From Candidatus Peribacteria bacterium (GTDB lineage: Bacteria; Patescibacteriota; Gracilibacteria; Peribacterales; Peribacteraceae), in assembly GCA_041691135.1 (NCBI GenBank), contig JBEPVF010000003.1, positions 1 through 64,000 on the forward strand: a DNA stretch of 64,000 nucleotides. Reading direction: 5' to 3'. The stretch's first letter is position 1; each line of letters opens with the position of its first letter. Positions 38,097 to 47,555 of this stretch are shown here, one piece after another. Position numbers and translations under genes: made by a program. A model generated the notes under the pieces. It had not been told where the DNA came from and did not search any database. It saw only the letters and a program-made list of their open reading frames with translations.

Positions 38097-39389
38097 ATGA
38101 CCCCACTTCACCCACTTGCCGTCACTCTCAACGAGACCTTTCAGAAACAATCGCCACAAATTTTTTCGCTCTTATCCAAGCGTGGCGTGTCCGCATACTT
38201 TCCCAAGCTCGGTATTCTGAGCCAGGCGGCTGATGCCGATGGCAAGACGATCAATGCGACGATCGGTATTGCACTCGACGAGGACAAAACGCCGCTCCAT
38301 ACGTCCACGATTGCAAAGGCGGTGAACCTGCCGGCCAAGGACGTGTTTCCGTACACGCCGAGCTACGGAAAAAAGCCTCTGCGCGATAAGTGGCAGGAGG
38401 AGATCCGCAAAAAAAATCCGTCACTCAAAGCGGACATCAGTTTGCCGGTGGTGAATGCCGGACTTACGCACTCGCTGAGCGTTGCCGGTTACCTATTTCT
38501 CGATCCGGGCGAAGAGATCATTCAGCCCGACATGTACTGGGACAACTACGAACTCATTTTTGAAGAAGCGTACGGTGCCATACTGACGATGTTTCAGACG
38601 TTCGAAGGACAGCGATTCAATGTGGCAGGATTAAGAAAAACCCTTGAACAGAAGTCAGGAAAACAGGTTGTGTTCCTCAATTTTCCGAACAATCCCACCG
38701 GTTATACGCCACTCACATCGGAGATGCAGGATATCGCGCAGGCGTTGAAAGAAAGTGCCGAGCGCGGCAATAAAATCGTCGTTCTGATCGACGATGCGTA
38801 CTTTGGTTTGATTTACGACGAGGGTGTCTACACCGAGTCGCTGTTCTCGCTTGTGGCCGATCTGCACGAGAACATTCTGGCGGTGAAAGTGGACGGTGCG
38901 ACGAAAGAAGAATTTGCCTGGGGTATGCGCATTGGTTTTCTCACATACGCCGGAAAGGGGATGACCAAAGACACGCTGAAAGTGCTCGAAGAGAAAACGG
39001 CTGGTGTCGTGCGTGGCACGGTGAGCAACTGTTCGCATATGGCGCAGAGTCTGATCCTGCAGGCACTCCAGACGCCTGGCTATGAGGAGGAGAAGCATCA
39101 GAAGTTCGAACTGCTGAAAACGCGCTTCCAGAACGCAAAAAAAGAGGTGGCGAATCCGCAGTATCAGGACCAATTTACGATGCTACCCTGCAATTCGGGT
39201 TACTTCTTGTGCCTCAAATTACGCGATGGTCTGGATGCCGAGCTGGTGCGTCAGAAGCTGCTCCATGATTACTCCACCGGCATCATCGCGCTGGGCAGCC
39301 TGATTCGGGTTGCATTTTCGTCTGTCCCGAACAAAGATTTACCCACGCTGTTTTCGAATATTTACGCCGCGTGCCAGACGTTCTCATAA
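38097..39389 (+). CDS. Class I/II PLP-dependent aminotransferase
   Basis: INATIG, NFPNNPTG, DDAYFG, GATKEEFAWGMRIG. Confidence 0.9.
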   Translation: MTPLHPLAVTLNETFQKQSPQIFSLLSKRGVSAYFPKLGILSQAADADGKTINATIGIALDEDKTPLHTSTIAKAVNLPAKDVFPYTPSYGKKPLRDKWQEEIRKKNPSLKADISLPVVNAGLTHSLSVAGYLFLDPGEEIIQPDMYWDNYELIFEEAYGAILTMFQTFEGQRFNVAGLRKTLEQKSGKQVVFLNFPNNPTGYTPLTSEMQDIAQALKESAERGNKIVVLIDDAYFGLIYDEGVYTESLFSLVADLHENILAVKVDGATKEEFAWGMRIGFLTYAGKGMTKDTLKVLEEKTAGVVRGTVSNCSHMAQSLILQALQTPGYEEEKHQKFELLKTRFQNAKKEVANPQYQDQFTMLPCNSGYFLCLKLRDGLDAELVRQKLLHDYSTGIIALGSLIRVAFSSVPNKDLPTLFSNIYAACQTFS

Positions 39390-39414
39390 TTTCTTCCCTC
39401 TCCTGATTTCTCCC

Positions 39415-41055
39415 ATGGATACTCTCGCTCAGTCTATCGACCAATTTTTGTCTTCTCATAAGAACGTCGCCACCAATTTGACGCGCTCCCAACTGATTCA
39501 GACATCCATCGATCGCCGTGAATGCATCGTCACCGAAAGTGGTGCAGTAGCCATCTGGAACCCGAAAAACGCGACTGGCCGCATTCCCAAAGATACGTAC
39601 ACCGTGCGTCATCCGGACAGCAAAATGAACATCGCGTGGGGCATGCCGAATAACATCGCGATGGAGCCGGCAATGTTCGAGAGCATGTTGCAAGATGCAT
39701 TGTCTACGCTGGGTCAAAAGGATCAATTGTTCGTTCTTGATCGCAGTGTGGGCGCCGATCCGAAATACACCCTGCCGGTGCGCACGATTTCACCGCGCGC
39801 TATCACGGAACTCTTTGCCGACAATATGTTCCGCGCACTGCCGGCCGATCTGAGCCAGAGTATTTTCAAAGATGATCGGTTCACCATCGTCGTGGTACCG
39901 ACCGACAAAGTGCAGACCGCCAAGTACAAGGGAAAACTGCGCGAAGAGAACGGCAAAATCGTCGACCACCTGATCGTCATGGATCTGGAGCGCCGAATTG
40001 GCATCGTGTACGGGACGCTGTACTGTGGCGCGGTGAAGAAGCTCGTGTTTACGGCGATGAATGCGTTATTGCCCACCAATGGCGTTCTATCGCTCCATTG
40101 CTCTGCATCGCAGGATACGGAGGGGAACGCTCACTTGTTTCTGGGCCTCTCGGGTACGGGAAAAACGACGCTTTCCGTCGATCCCAAGCGCTCTTTGATC
40201 GGCGACGACGAACATCTGTGGTCCGATGATGGTGTGGCGAATTTGGAGAACGGCTCGTATGCCAAGCTCATCAGGTTACGCAAAGATAAGGAACCAATGA
40301 TCTTCGAGGCGGTTTTCGGCAAGCGGCCGGTGCTGGAACATGGCTGCATTATCGAGAACACGATGGTCTATCCCGATGGATCGGTGGATGTCGACGATGA
40401 ACGCTTGGCCGAGAATTCACGTGCTGCCTTCCCGCTGTCGTTCGTTGGCAACGTGGTGACGAGTGCGCGCGGCGGTCATCCCAAAACAGTAGTGTTCCTG
40501 ACGGCTGATGCGAATGGCGTCCTGCCGCCGGTGGCGTCGCTCACGCACGAGCAGGCGATGTTATGGTTCCTGATGGGCTACACCAGCAAATTGGCCGGTA
40601 CCGAAGCCGGTGTCACGTCACCGACTACGACGTTCTCTCGCTTCTTCGGCGGACCATTCATGCCGCTTGCGTCGGAGGAGTACCTCAAACTGCTCAATGC
40701 CAAACTTAAAGACCATGGCACGAACGTCTATCTGATCAACACCGGATGGACGGGCGGTCCGTACGGCGTCGGCAAGCGCATGGATATCACGCTCACGCGC
40801 GCGGTGGTGGATGCGGCGCTGACGGGACAACTCGCGAACGTGGAATGCCGCGACGATCACCGCTTCCATCTGCGCGTACCAGTCACGTGTCCTGGCGTGG
40901 ATGCGACGGTGCTCGATCCCAAAGCAACATGGCCAGATAAGGACGCCTACGAAGCCGCTGCCAACAAGCTCTCCAGCGAGTTCGCCGCTCACTTCGACAA
41001 GATGTACAAGGGGCAGGTGCCGCCGGAAGTGGAGGCGATGTGTCCGGGGAAATAA
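39415..41055 (+). CDS. pckA: Phosphoenolpyruvate carboxykinase (ATP)
   Basis: TGRIPKD, HCSA, GLSGTGKTTLS, IGDDEH.W, YAK, ENSR, NTGW.GG..G.GKR. Confidence 0.95.
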   Translation: MDTLAQSIDQFLSSHKNVATNLTRSQLIQTSIDRRECIVTESGAVAIWNPKNATGRIPKDTYTVRHPDSKMNIAWGMPNNIAMEPAMFESMLQDALSTLGQKDQLFVLDRSVGADPKYTLPVRTISPRAITELFADNMFRALPADLSQSIFKDDRFTIVVVPTDKVQTAKYKGKLREENGKIVDHLIVMDLERRIGIVYGTLYCGAVKKLVFTAMNALLPTNGVLSLHCSASQDTEGNAHLFLGLSGTGKTTLSVDPKRSLIGDDEHLWSDDGVANLENGSYAKLIRLRKDKEPMIFEAVFGKRPVLEHGCIIENTMVYPDGSVDVDDERLAENSRAAFPLSFVGNVVTSARGGHPKTVVFLTADANGVLPPVASLTHEQAMLWFLMGYTSKLAGTEAGVTSPTTTFSRFFGGPFMPLASEEYLKLLNAKLKDHGTNVYLINTGWTGGPYGVGKRMDITLTRAVVDAALTGQLANVECRDDHRFHLRVPVTCPGVDATVLDPKATWPDKDAYEAAANKLSSEFAAHFDKMYKGQVPPEVEAMCPGK

Positions 41056-41567
41056 CATTCATTCTCGTCGCCTTGAGTTCACCTTTGCACCATGAATGGG
41101 AGGAAAAAGTTCAATCGCTCCAGCTCCCCGAGCTGGTGACGGACGAAGCCCAAGTTCAGAAAGTTGTCGACCTACTTGACGACATCCAACGTACGGTAAA
41201 TGGCATACGTGTTGAAATAGCGAGCAGTGCGCAAATGTTGCTCTCGCGACTTGAGGGAAAATCCTTTGGTCCACATAATCGTGAGATTGCGACAAGAATT
41301 CAGCAAGTACTAATCGATCTTCAGCATCGGCTCGTCTGCCAGCATGAAGGCACGCGTGAGCGTTGTGCGAAGCCTTCAGTTCTTCGCTTCCAGGATAAAG
41401 GCCAGTACGGAACGTTCCATTTCGAGCATTGTGAAGCCGGTCGTAAAACGCGGCATCTCGGGCCGGCAAAGCTTCCCACGCTCATCCTCGTTCCAGCTAC
41501 TCCCAACCCCCTCCTTCGCCACTCCGTCGAGAGTAACGACGTGTTGACGCGCGCCTTAGACAAGTGA
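41040..41567 (+). CDS. Hypothetical protein (start uncertain)
   Basis: 175-aa ORF following pckA; C-terminal C..C..H..H pattern. Confidence 0.45.
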   Translation: MSGEITFILVALSSPLHHEWEEKVQSLQLPELVTDEAQVQKVVDLLDDIQRTVNGIRVEIASSAQMLLSRLEGKSFGPHNREIATRIQQVLIDLQHRLVCQHEGTRERCAKPSVLRFQDKGQYGTFHFEHCEAGRKTRHLGPAKLPTLILVPATPNPLLRHSVESNDVLTRALDK

Positions 41568-41704
41568 TGTTCCCCTCACTCGCCGTTTCTCCCGTATGAA
41601 GAAGAGTCGCTCCAGGCAAGCGTCGCTTGCCTTCGCGATGTTGTTTGAAGGCAGCGATATCCACTCGACATGACAATTAGCATCGTCCTTGTTATGCTTC
41701 TGTC

Positions 41705-42085
41705 ATGTCTGATGACAATGCAATCGGCGAGGGGATTTCTACTGATGCGAATTTGGTGGTCGGTGCCAGGACGACCAAGGCCTATCACTTCGTTTACTAC
41801 GTGCTCACGGTGCTCGAAATCCTGTTCGCGTTCCGTTTCTTTCTCAAGCTGTTGGCTGCCAGCCCGAACAATGTTTTTGCAGAGGTGGTGTATGGCATCA
41901 CCTATGTATTCCTGTTGCCGTTCGCCAGTCTGTTTCCCCCGGCCGTGACGACGGATGGCAAGATGCCCAGCGCATTTGAACCATCAACACTGGTGGCAAT
42001 GGTGTTCTATGCAATTTTGGCGTGGGCGGTCGCTAAATATATCGTCATTTCGAGGAGTCGATCGGACAAAGCGAAGAAGCGATAG
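41705..42085 (+). CDS. YggT-like membrane protein
   Basis: LEILFAFRFFLKLLAA...F...VY.IT...L.PF, EPSTLVAM..Y. Confidence 0.75.
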   Translation: MSDDNAIGEGISTDANLVVGARTTKAYHFVYYVLTVLEILFAFRFFLKLLAASPNNVFAEVVYGITYVFLLPFASLFPPAVTTDGKMPSAFEPSTLVAMVFYAILAWAVAKYIVISRSRSDKAKKR

Positions 42086-42125
42086 CTATGCTCTTTCCGC
42101 CCCTGAGGTACTAGGAGTAGCGAGA

Positions 42126-43052
42126 CTACGCTTTCCCAAGCGCCGGCACAGTTTCCCTGAACAGCGACGCAACGACGTCCAAGTCTTCATTCACGATCAA
42201 GTGATCGAAGAGATCGCGGCGTTCTTTGAAGAATGCCAGATCCAGTTCGGCGTTCTTGAGACGATCTTGAATGTTCTCTTCCGTCTCACGGCCACGGCCG
42301 CGAAGGCGGTGGAGCAGGGAACTGAGCATAGCGCGCTTGCTCTTGCCCGGCGGCAGCAGGCCGAAGCTGAGAATGGAGCGGCGGCCAAAGTGTTCGCCCA
42401 GGCCTTGAAGCAGGTGCATTTCTGTGATGACGATCGGCAGCAGTCCGGCGTTCCAGATAGCTTTGATATCGCTGGCGCGGTAGCCGTACCAACGGTCTTC
42501 GGATCGGGAGGGGATGTTGGTGGCGGCAATAATCTCACCGGCACGCTGTAGGCGGTCGAATTCTTTTTTGGTCATGTACACGTACTCGCCATCGTCGCCT
42601 TTCTTTTTCGTCCGCGTCGTCAGAATGGGGACATTGCGCGACGAGGTGCTGAACATCGAGACGAGCATGCGGGCGATCGTGGTCTTGCCGACGCCGGACG
42701 GTCCGGTCAGCGCGAGGATGTAGCCGGGGAAAGCGATGGTTTCTTCGCTTACCGGAGCGGTTTTCGTGGCAGGGATTTCGTACGCCACTTCGTAGATGCG
42801 CAGATGATCTTTGGCGACGTAACTCAGGCGCATGCGCGGAATAACCATCATGCCGATTGCTGGTTTGGAACCGGTCAGCGGAGCCATCACTTTCGATCCG
42901 TCAGCCAGCTTGATAAGTGCGATGCTGCGATGGCCGGCACCGAAATGTTCCGGCGGATGTGCGAGCGTCGTAAACGACAGGATCGTTCCTTCTTGCATTC
43001 TACGGCGTTCCTCGGCTTGTCGGCGGGCGATACTGGGTGATGATTCGGGCAT
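42126..43052 (-). CDS. DUF35 OB-fold (no Zn ribbon) fused to a guanylate-kinase-fold P-loop kinase
   Basis: aa ~20-93 EGTILSFT..AHPP..F...IALIKL.DG.KVMA...IGM; aa ~110-305 GPSGVGKT, TTR, WYG, RL.GRG.E....I..RL..A, FDHLIVNEDL. Confidence 0.82.
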   Translation of the reverse strand: MPESSPSIARRQAEERRRMQEGTILSFTTLAHPPEHFGAGHRSIALIKLADGSKVMAPLTGSKPAIGMMVIPRMRLSYVAKDHLRIYEVAYEIPATKTAPVSEETIAFPGYILALTGPSGVGKTTIARMLVSMFSTSSRNVPILTTRTKKKGDDGEYVYMTKKEFDRLQRAGEIIAATNIPSRSEDRWYGYRASDIKAIWNAGLLPIVITEMHLLQGLGEHFGRRSILSFGLLPPGKSKRAMLSSLLHRLRGRGRETEENIQDRLKNAELDLAFFKERRDLFDHLIVNEDLDVVASLFRETVPALGKA

Positions 43053-43066
43053 GGATCGGTGGGAGT

Positions 43067-44194
43067 TTACTGGAGATGTTCAAGAATGTGGAGGCCGCAG
43101 GTGGCTCCGGCACCGCCGAAATTATGGCTCAGTCCATAACGTGTGCCGGCTGCCTTTAGTTGTTTGGCGATGTCGATGAACTGCTTGATGCCCGTCGCGG
43201 CGACAGGGTGGCCGCAGGCTTTAAGACCTCCGCTTTTGTTTACCTGGAGGCCCATCATCGTCGGACGCTCATACAACTCGCGGTAGATGCTGATGCCGTC
43301 GCCTTCGTTGGCAAATCCCAAATCTTCCATGTTGATGACGGCGGCGATGGAGAAGCAGTCATGCGTTTCGACATGGCTGATTTCGTCGCGATCGATGGCG
43401 GCTTCGGCCAGGGCCTTCTCCATTGCTTTTTTTGAAGCGCTGAACGAGGTGAGGCTCGGGCGATCGGCCAGACTGAGTGTGTCGGTGGTGAGTTGTGACG
43501 CCGCTACGCGGAAGTTGCTCTGGTATTTGGTCGAGAGGATGCAGGCGGCCGCACCGTCGCTGATGGGAGAGCAGTCGAGGAGTCGCAGTGGGTCGGCGAT
43601 CGGCGAGCTTTTGGAGACGGCTTCAGGTTTCACTTCCATGCGAAACTGCGCGAAGGGGTTTTCCAATGCCTGACGATGATGCACAGCTGAAACCAAACTC
43701 AATTGGTCTCGCGTCAGACCATAGTCGTGCATGTAGCGTTGGGCGACGAGTCCAAAGATTCCCGGGAACGTGAGTCCGGCCGGCCGGTCCTGCTCGCTAT
43801 CGGCAGCGCCCATCAGGGCCGAGGCAATCTGATCGTTCGTCGCGTCGGTCATTTTTTCGGCACCGATGACGAGAATTGTCTGCGCTCGGTTCGATTCGAG
43901 TAAGGCGCAGGCAGTGTGAATAGCCACTGATCCGCTGGCACAGGCCGCTTCCACGCGAATGGCAGGAGGTTTGTGCGGCAGGAACGACGCGACCATGGCG
44001 CCCATATGCGCCTGATCCGATGCTACTTCGCCGATCATATTGGCGACGATCACCATATCGATGTCGAGTGCAGTGGCTGGAGAATGCTCGATGGCGCCAT
44101 CGACGACTTCGCGCGCCAGATCGCGCAGGCTTTTATCCCAATGCTCGCCGAAGCGGGTTTGAGATGAACCGATGAGAAAGAGGGGCTTTTCCAT
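43067..44194 (-). CDS. Acetyl-CoA acetyltransferase (archaeal/SCP-x-type thiolase)
   Basis: VEAACASG, GAEKM, DCSPISDGAAA, ETHDCF, GHPVAATG. Confidence 0.92.
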   Translation of the reverse strand: MEKPLFLIGSSQTRFGEHWDKSLRDLAREVVDGAIEHSPATALDIDMVIVANMIGEVASDQAHMGAMVASFLPHKPPAIRVEAACASGSVAIHTACALLESNRAQTILVIGAEKMTDATNDQIASALMGAADSEQDRPAGLTFPGIFGLVAQRYMHDYGLTRDQLSLVSAVHHRQALENPFAQFRMEVKPEAVSKSSPIADPLRLLDCSPISDGAAACILSTKYQSNFRVAASQLTTDTLSLADRPSLTSFSASKKAMEKALAEAAIDRDEISHVETHDCFSIAAVINMEDLGFANEGDGISIYRELYERPTMMGLQVNKSGGLKACGHPVAATGIKQFIDIAKQLKAAGTRYGLSHNFGGAGATCGLHILEHLQ

Positions 44195-44206
44195 TATGAG
44201 AGACGG

Positions 44207-44275
44207 AAAGCACGAAATTCGAAATTCGAAATTCGAATTTTTTTCGTGCTTCGTGCTTCGGATTTCGAATTTTTC
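44207..44275. repeat. Inverted heptamer tract (TCGAAAT/AGCACGA family)
   Basis: AAGCACGAAATTCGAAATTCGAAATTCGAA ... TTCGTGCTTCGTGCTTCGGATTTCGAATTT. Confidence 0.75.
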
Positions 44276-45314
44276 ATGAATGAGCAGAAGAAAGAGCCTT
44301 GGTATGATTCAAATACTCAGCGTAGCTCAAGTAGGCAATGTCGCGATCATCGGGAGGAAGCAGCACTCCATTGCGCTGCATCGTCATCAGGAAGGCATCG
44401 GATCCGGCGCCGGATCCGTAACTCACCAATAGAATGGTTTCGGCTTTCTTGGCATGTTGCAGCACTTCCGTGAGTCCGAGCGGGGAGCAGGCGCTGTAGG
44501 TGTTGCCGATGCGCGGCACGATGAATCCGTGATGGCACTGCTCGTGCGTGAAGCCGAACTTCTTGAGGATGCGGGAGGGGAATTTGGCGTTCGGCATATG
44601 GATGACGACGTGGTCGATCTCCTCTACTTTCTTGCCCGTTACTTCCAGAATGCCGCGCAACGCTTCTTCGATATGGCGGAAGTAAGCCGGTTCGCCGGTA
44701 AAGCGCCCAGCATGGTTTGGATATTTTTCGCCGTTCGCACGCCAGAAATCAGGAGTATCGGTGGTAAAGCTGAGCGTGTGATCGATGCGACAGAGCGCAT
44801 TCTTGGCACCACTTGAGCCAATCACGAAGGCAGCGGCGCCAGCGGCAGCCGTGTATTCCAGTGCATCGCCCGGTCTGCCTTGTGCCGTATCTGTTCCAAT
44901 CGCCAGGCCATACTGGATCTGTCCGCTGCGCACGAACGTGTCCACGATCTGCATGGCGGCCGTGCCGGCTTTGCAGGCAAATTCCAGATCCGCAGCGTGC
45001 GAAAAAGGATGGAGGTTCAGCGCGGCAACGAGCATGCCGCTCGTTGGTTTGACGGCGTACGGATGACTCTCGGAGCCGACGAAACACGCCGAGACCTCGC
45101 TCGATTCAATGCCGGCAATCTCGATTGCCTGACGGGCGGCTTCGAAGGCCATGGTAAAACTGTCTTCATCCTTGCCGGGAACCGTCTTTTCCTCAATACC
45201 CAATGTCTTTGCGGTCTCCTCGCCGTCTTGCTGCCAATGCTGGGCGATGGCGGCTGTCTTCAGTCGGAAGGCAGGCAGGTAGCGGCCGAAACCGATGATG
45301 CTGGAAGGCGTCAT
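44274..45314 (-). CDS. Hydroxymethylglutaryl-CoA synthase (archaeal type)
   Basis: VGSESHPYAVKP, DLEFACKAGT, DTPDFWR, RFTGEPAYF, HMPN.KFP, IGNTYS, SYGSGAG. Confidence 0.94.
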   Translation of the reverse strand: MTPSSIIGFGRYLPAFRLKTAAIAQHWQQDGEETAKTLGIEEKTVPGKDEDSFTMAFEAARQAIEIAGIESSEVSACFVGSESHPYAVKPTSGMLVAALNLHPFSHAADLEFACKAGTAAMQIVDTFVRSGQIQYGLAIGTDTAQGRPGDALEYTAAAGAAAFVIGSSGAKNALCRIDHTLSFTTDTPDFWRANGEKYPNHAGRFTGEPAYFRHIEEALRGILEVTGKKVEEIDHVVIHMPNAKFPSRILKKFGFTHEQCHHGFIVPRIGNTYSACSPLGLTEVLQHAKKAETILLVSYGSGAGSDAFLMTMQRNGVLLPPDDRDIAYLSYAEYLNHTKALSSAHS

Positions 45315-45627
45315 GAGACGAGAGGATAGCAAAAAACGGGCCAGAAGTCAGCGAAAGGCGGCTTCTTTCTCTTACAGTGGCTATTCTTGTGGCAATGCGC
45401 TATCTGCCTGTGGAAGCGGTATAGGAAGCAGCCGTATTCGCATTGCTGCCACAGGTTCATCACGTGGTACTTGTAACTCAACCAAACTTGTCGTTTTGGC
45501 ATCAGACGTCGGCTGCGCAAAGGCAGTTCCGATAGTGGCTCCTATTTGGTTGCGAGTATGAAAGGGTTTTCTACTTTTCACATCATGCGTGGTTCGTTGG
45601 CTCACGATGAAGGAAAAATCTGCCTCA

Positions 45628-46314
45628 TCAGGTCTTGGTTGATAGATTAATGGTCTTTGAATGCGTTTGCGTATCGACTGAGCCTTTTCCTCCTTCCATT
45701 TTCAATACTTCCGGTCCTACCTCATGTTCTTGTGCCATAAGTAATCTGGGCGTGCCTTTTTTATGCGGGTCCCATCCATTGAACGTCTCTTGTATGTCCC
45801 CGGAAGGGAGTGTCTCTCGCAAAAGTGGTATATCGCCGACACGTGTCACAAAAACGATCTGCTCAGTTTTTTCTCCCGACGCCATGACGATGTTCCCACG
45901 TCCATCGGAGCACAGTTGATTGAAGTCATTGGTGCGATGCAGGTTACGGGGATCGGTAAAGTTAAAAACGACGAAACCAAATTGCCGGCCCGGTTCAAGG
46001 TAAACGCAATAGTGTGGTGTGGCTTCGTCAGCTCCCTCAAGCGTGAACGGTTCGACAGAGTGCTGTTGAAGAGCAGCGTTTTCATCGTCTGGATTCATCG
46101 AGAGGAACTTTATTCCCACAACGCCGCCGTCAAATTTCTGAACCAAACTTCCATTAAGCATGAGGGGCATGGTCTGATCAATGATCTTTTCCTCCGGGAG
46201 GCCTTTGAGTATCTGGTTCCTCGCTTCAAGTTGTCGAATTATGTTTGGGTTGTGTTCAATAAGGTGCATCGTCGGATGCTCGCTTTGGTCTGCCAGTATG
46301 AGTGATCTGTTCAT
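45628..46314 (-). CDS. Hypothetical protein inserted in the mevalonate cluster
   Basis: ~228-aa ORF on the cluster strand, AT-richer than flanks; no motif recognised. Confidence 0.6.
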   Translation of the reverse strand: MNRSLILADQSEHPTMHLIEHNPNIIRQLEARNQILKGLPEEKIIDQTMPLMLNGSLVQKFDGGVVGIKFLSMNPDDENAALQQHSVEPFTLEGADEATPHYCVYLEPGRQFGFVVFNFTDPRNLHRTNDFNQLCSDGRGNIVMASGEKTEQIVFVTRVGDIPLLRETLPSGDIQETFNGWDPHKKGTPRLLMAQEHEVGPEVLKMEGGKGSVDTQTHSKTINLSTKT

Positions 46315-46375
46315 AAGGTATAGAACGAAAAAGGATTCATAGTGCCAAGGCAATGGGGGAAGTCAAAATATTTCT

Positions 46376-47533
46376 TCACCGGCCATGTTCCTTATGCGCC
46401 TTTGCCAATGTATGGCTCGCTTGGGCCGCTAGGAGTGAAATTTCTCCGGCCAGTACGGCTGCGCCAATACTTTCGGCCAATTGTTGGGTGGGCGACAGAG
46501 ATGTTGGGCTTTTCAGGAGCAAGTGCAGACATTGCTGCTGCGTGGGGAGTGCCGTGCCGCCGCCGCGAATACCGACGAGAAGAGCGGGAAGTCGCACATA
46601 TACTTTTAAGCCTTCATCCGTCAGCTCGACGCCGGTCGTGGCCATCGATCCCTCTACGGTGTGGGCGACGTCCTGCCCGGTTGCCAGATAAAGTGCGGCG
46701 ATGATATTGGCGACATGCAGATTGCGTCCAAGCATGCCGGCGACATCGGATCCGGCGATGAGTTTTGCATTGGCGACGGCGATCATTGTTTCGGCCGAAG
46801 ATTTTAACGACTCCTGCATCACTGCATGGGCGAGTGTTGCCTCAGCCGTCACTTCGTAGCCGCGCCCGCGCTGAATGGTGCGGAGGCTGGGCTTTTTGTC
46901 GCTGTCGACGTTGCCGGCGACAGTGATGAACTCGGCGATCTTCATGTCATTGCCGATCCATTCGCCGATGGCCTGTGCGGCGATGGTCACCATATTCATG
47001 CCCATGGCTTCGCCGGTATCGCAGAAAATAGTCAGGAAGACGAACTCCTCCTCCTCGTCCAGATCGAAAGTCAGAATCTTCAGATGGCTGCTCGTCGCTT
47101 CGCCTATTTTTGTCCATTCATCCTTGTGTCGAGTAATCAGGCGAATCGCCGAACGCGGATCCACGGACCGGAAGGCGATGGAACGGTTGGTGCCATGATG
47201 AATCGAGGAGGTGCGGACACCGCCGCTCTGCGTGAGCGCTTTGCAACCGCGGTTCACACTGGCTACCAGTGCGCCTTCGGTGGTGGCGAGCGGCAGATGG
47301 AGTGAAGACTCTTCGCCGGAACTGAACTGCACAGCCAGTGGTCCCGCGTAGCCGACAGGAACCGATACGATGCCGAACATCTGCTCGCAGTTCTTCTCGT
47401 CGGCCTGGCCGATATGCTGTTCATCCGCTTCCAGGAGAGACAGGTCGATGCCCAGTTCCTGTTCGATCAGCCGCCGACGTGCGGTGACGCGTTGCTCAGA
47501 AGACAGATCGGGTGGTAGGGAGCGGAGATCCAT
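46376..47533 (-). CDS. hmgA: HMG-CoA reductase, class I
   Basis: NCEQMFG, PLATTEGALVAS.NRG, GEAMGMNM, DKK, ATGQD.A, LAGE.S, AH...GR. Confidence 0.93.
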   Translation of the reverse strand: MDLRSLPPDLSSEQRVTARRRLIEQELGIDLSLLEADEQHIGQADEKNCEQMFGIVSVPVGYAGPLAVQFSSGEESSLHLPLATTEGALVASVNRGCKALTQSGGVRTSSIHHGTNRSIAFRSVDPRSAIRLITRHKDEWTKIGEATSSHLKILTFDLDEEEEFVFLTIFCDTGEAMGMNMVTIAAQAIGEWIGNDMKIAEFITVAGNVDSDKKPSLRTIQRGRGYEVTAEATLAHAVMQESLKSSAETMIAVANAKLIAGSDVAGMLGRNLHVANIIAALYLATGQDVAHTVEGSMATTGVELTDEGLKVYVRLPALLVGIRGGGTALPTQQQCLHLLLKSPTSLSPTQQLAESIGAAVLAGEISLLAAQASHTLAKAHKEHGR

Positions 47534-47555
47534 TGTGATGAAAGATTCAAGAGGT

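Noticed and set aside
42126-42730. Plain gmk annotation
   Set aside because: Fusion to DUF35, position in the mevalonate cluster and apparent loss of guanine-side residues make the symbol unsafe
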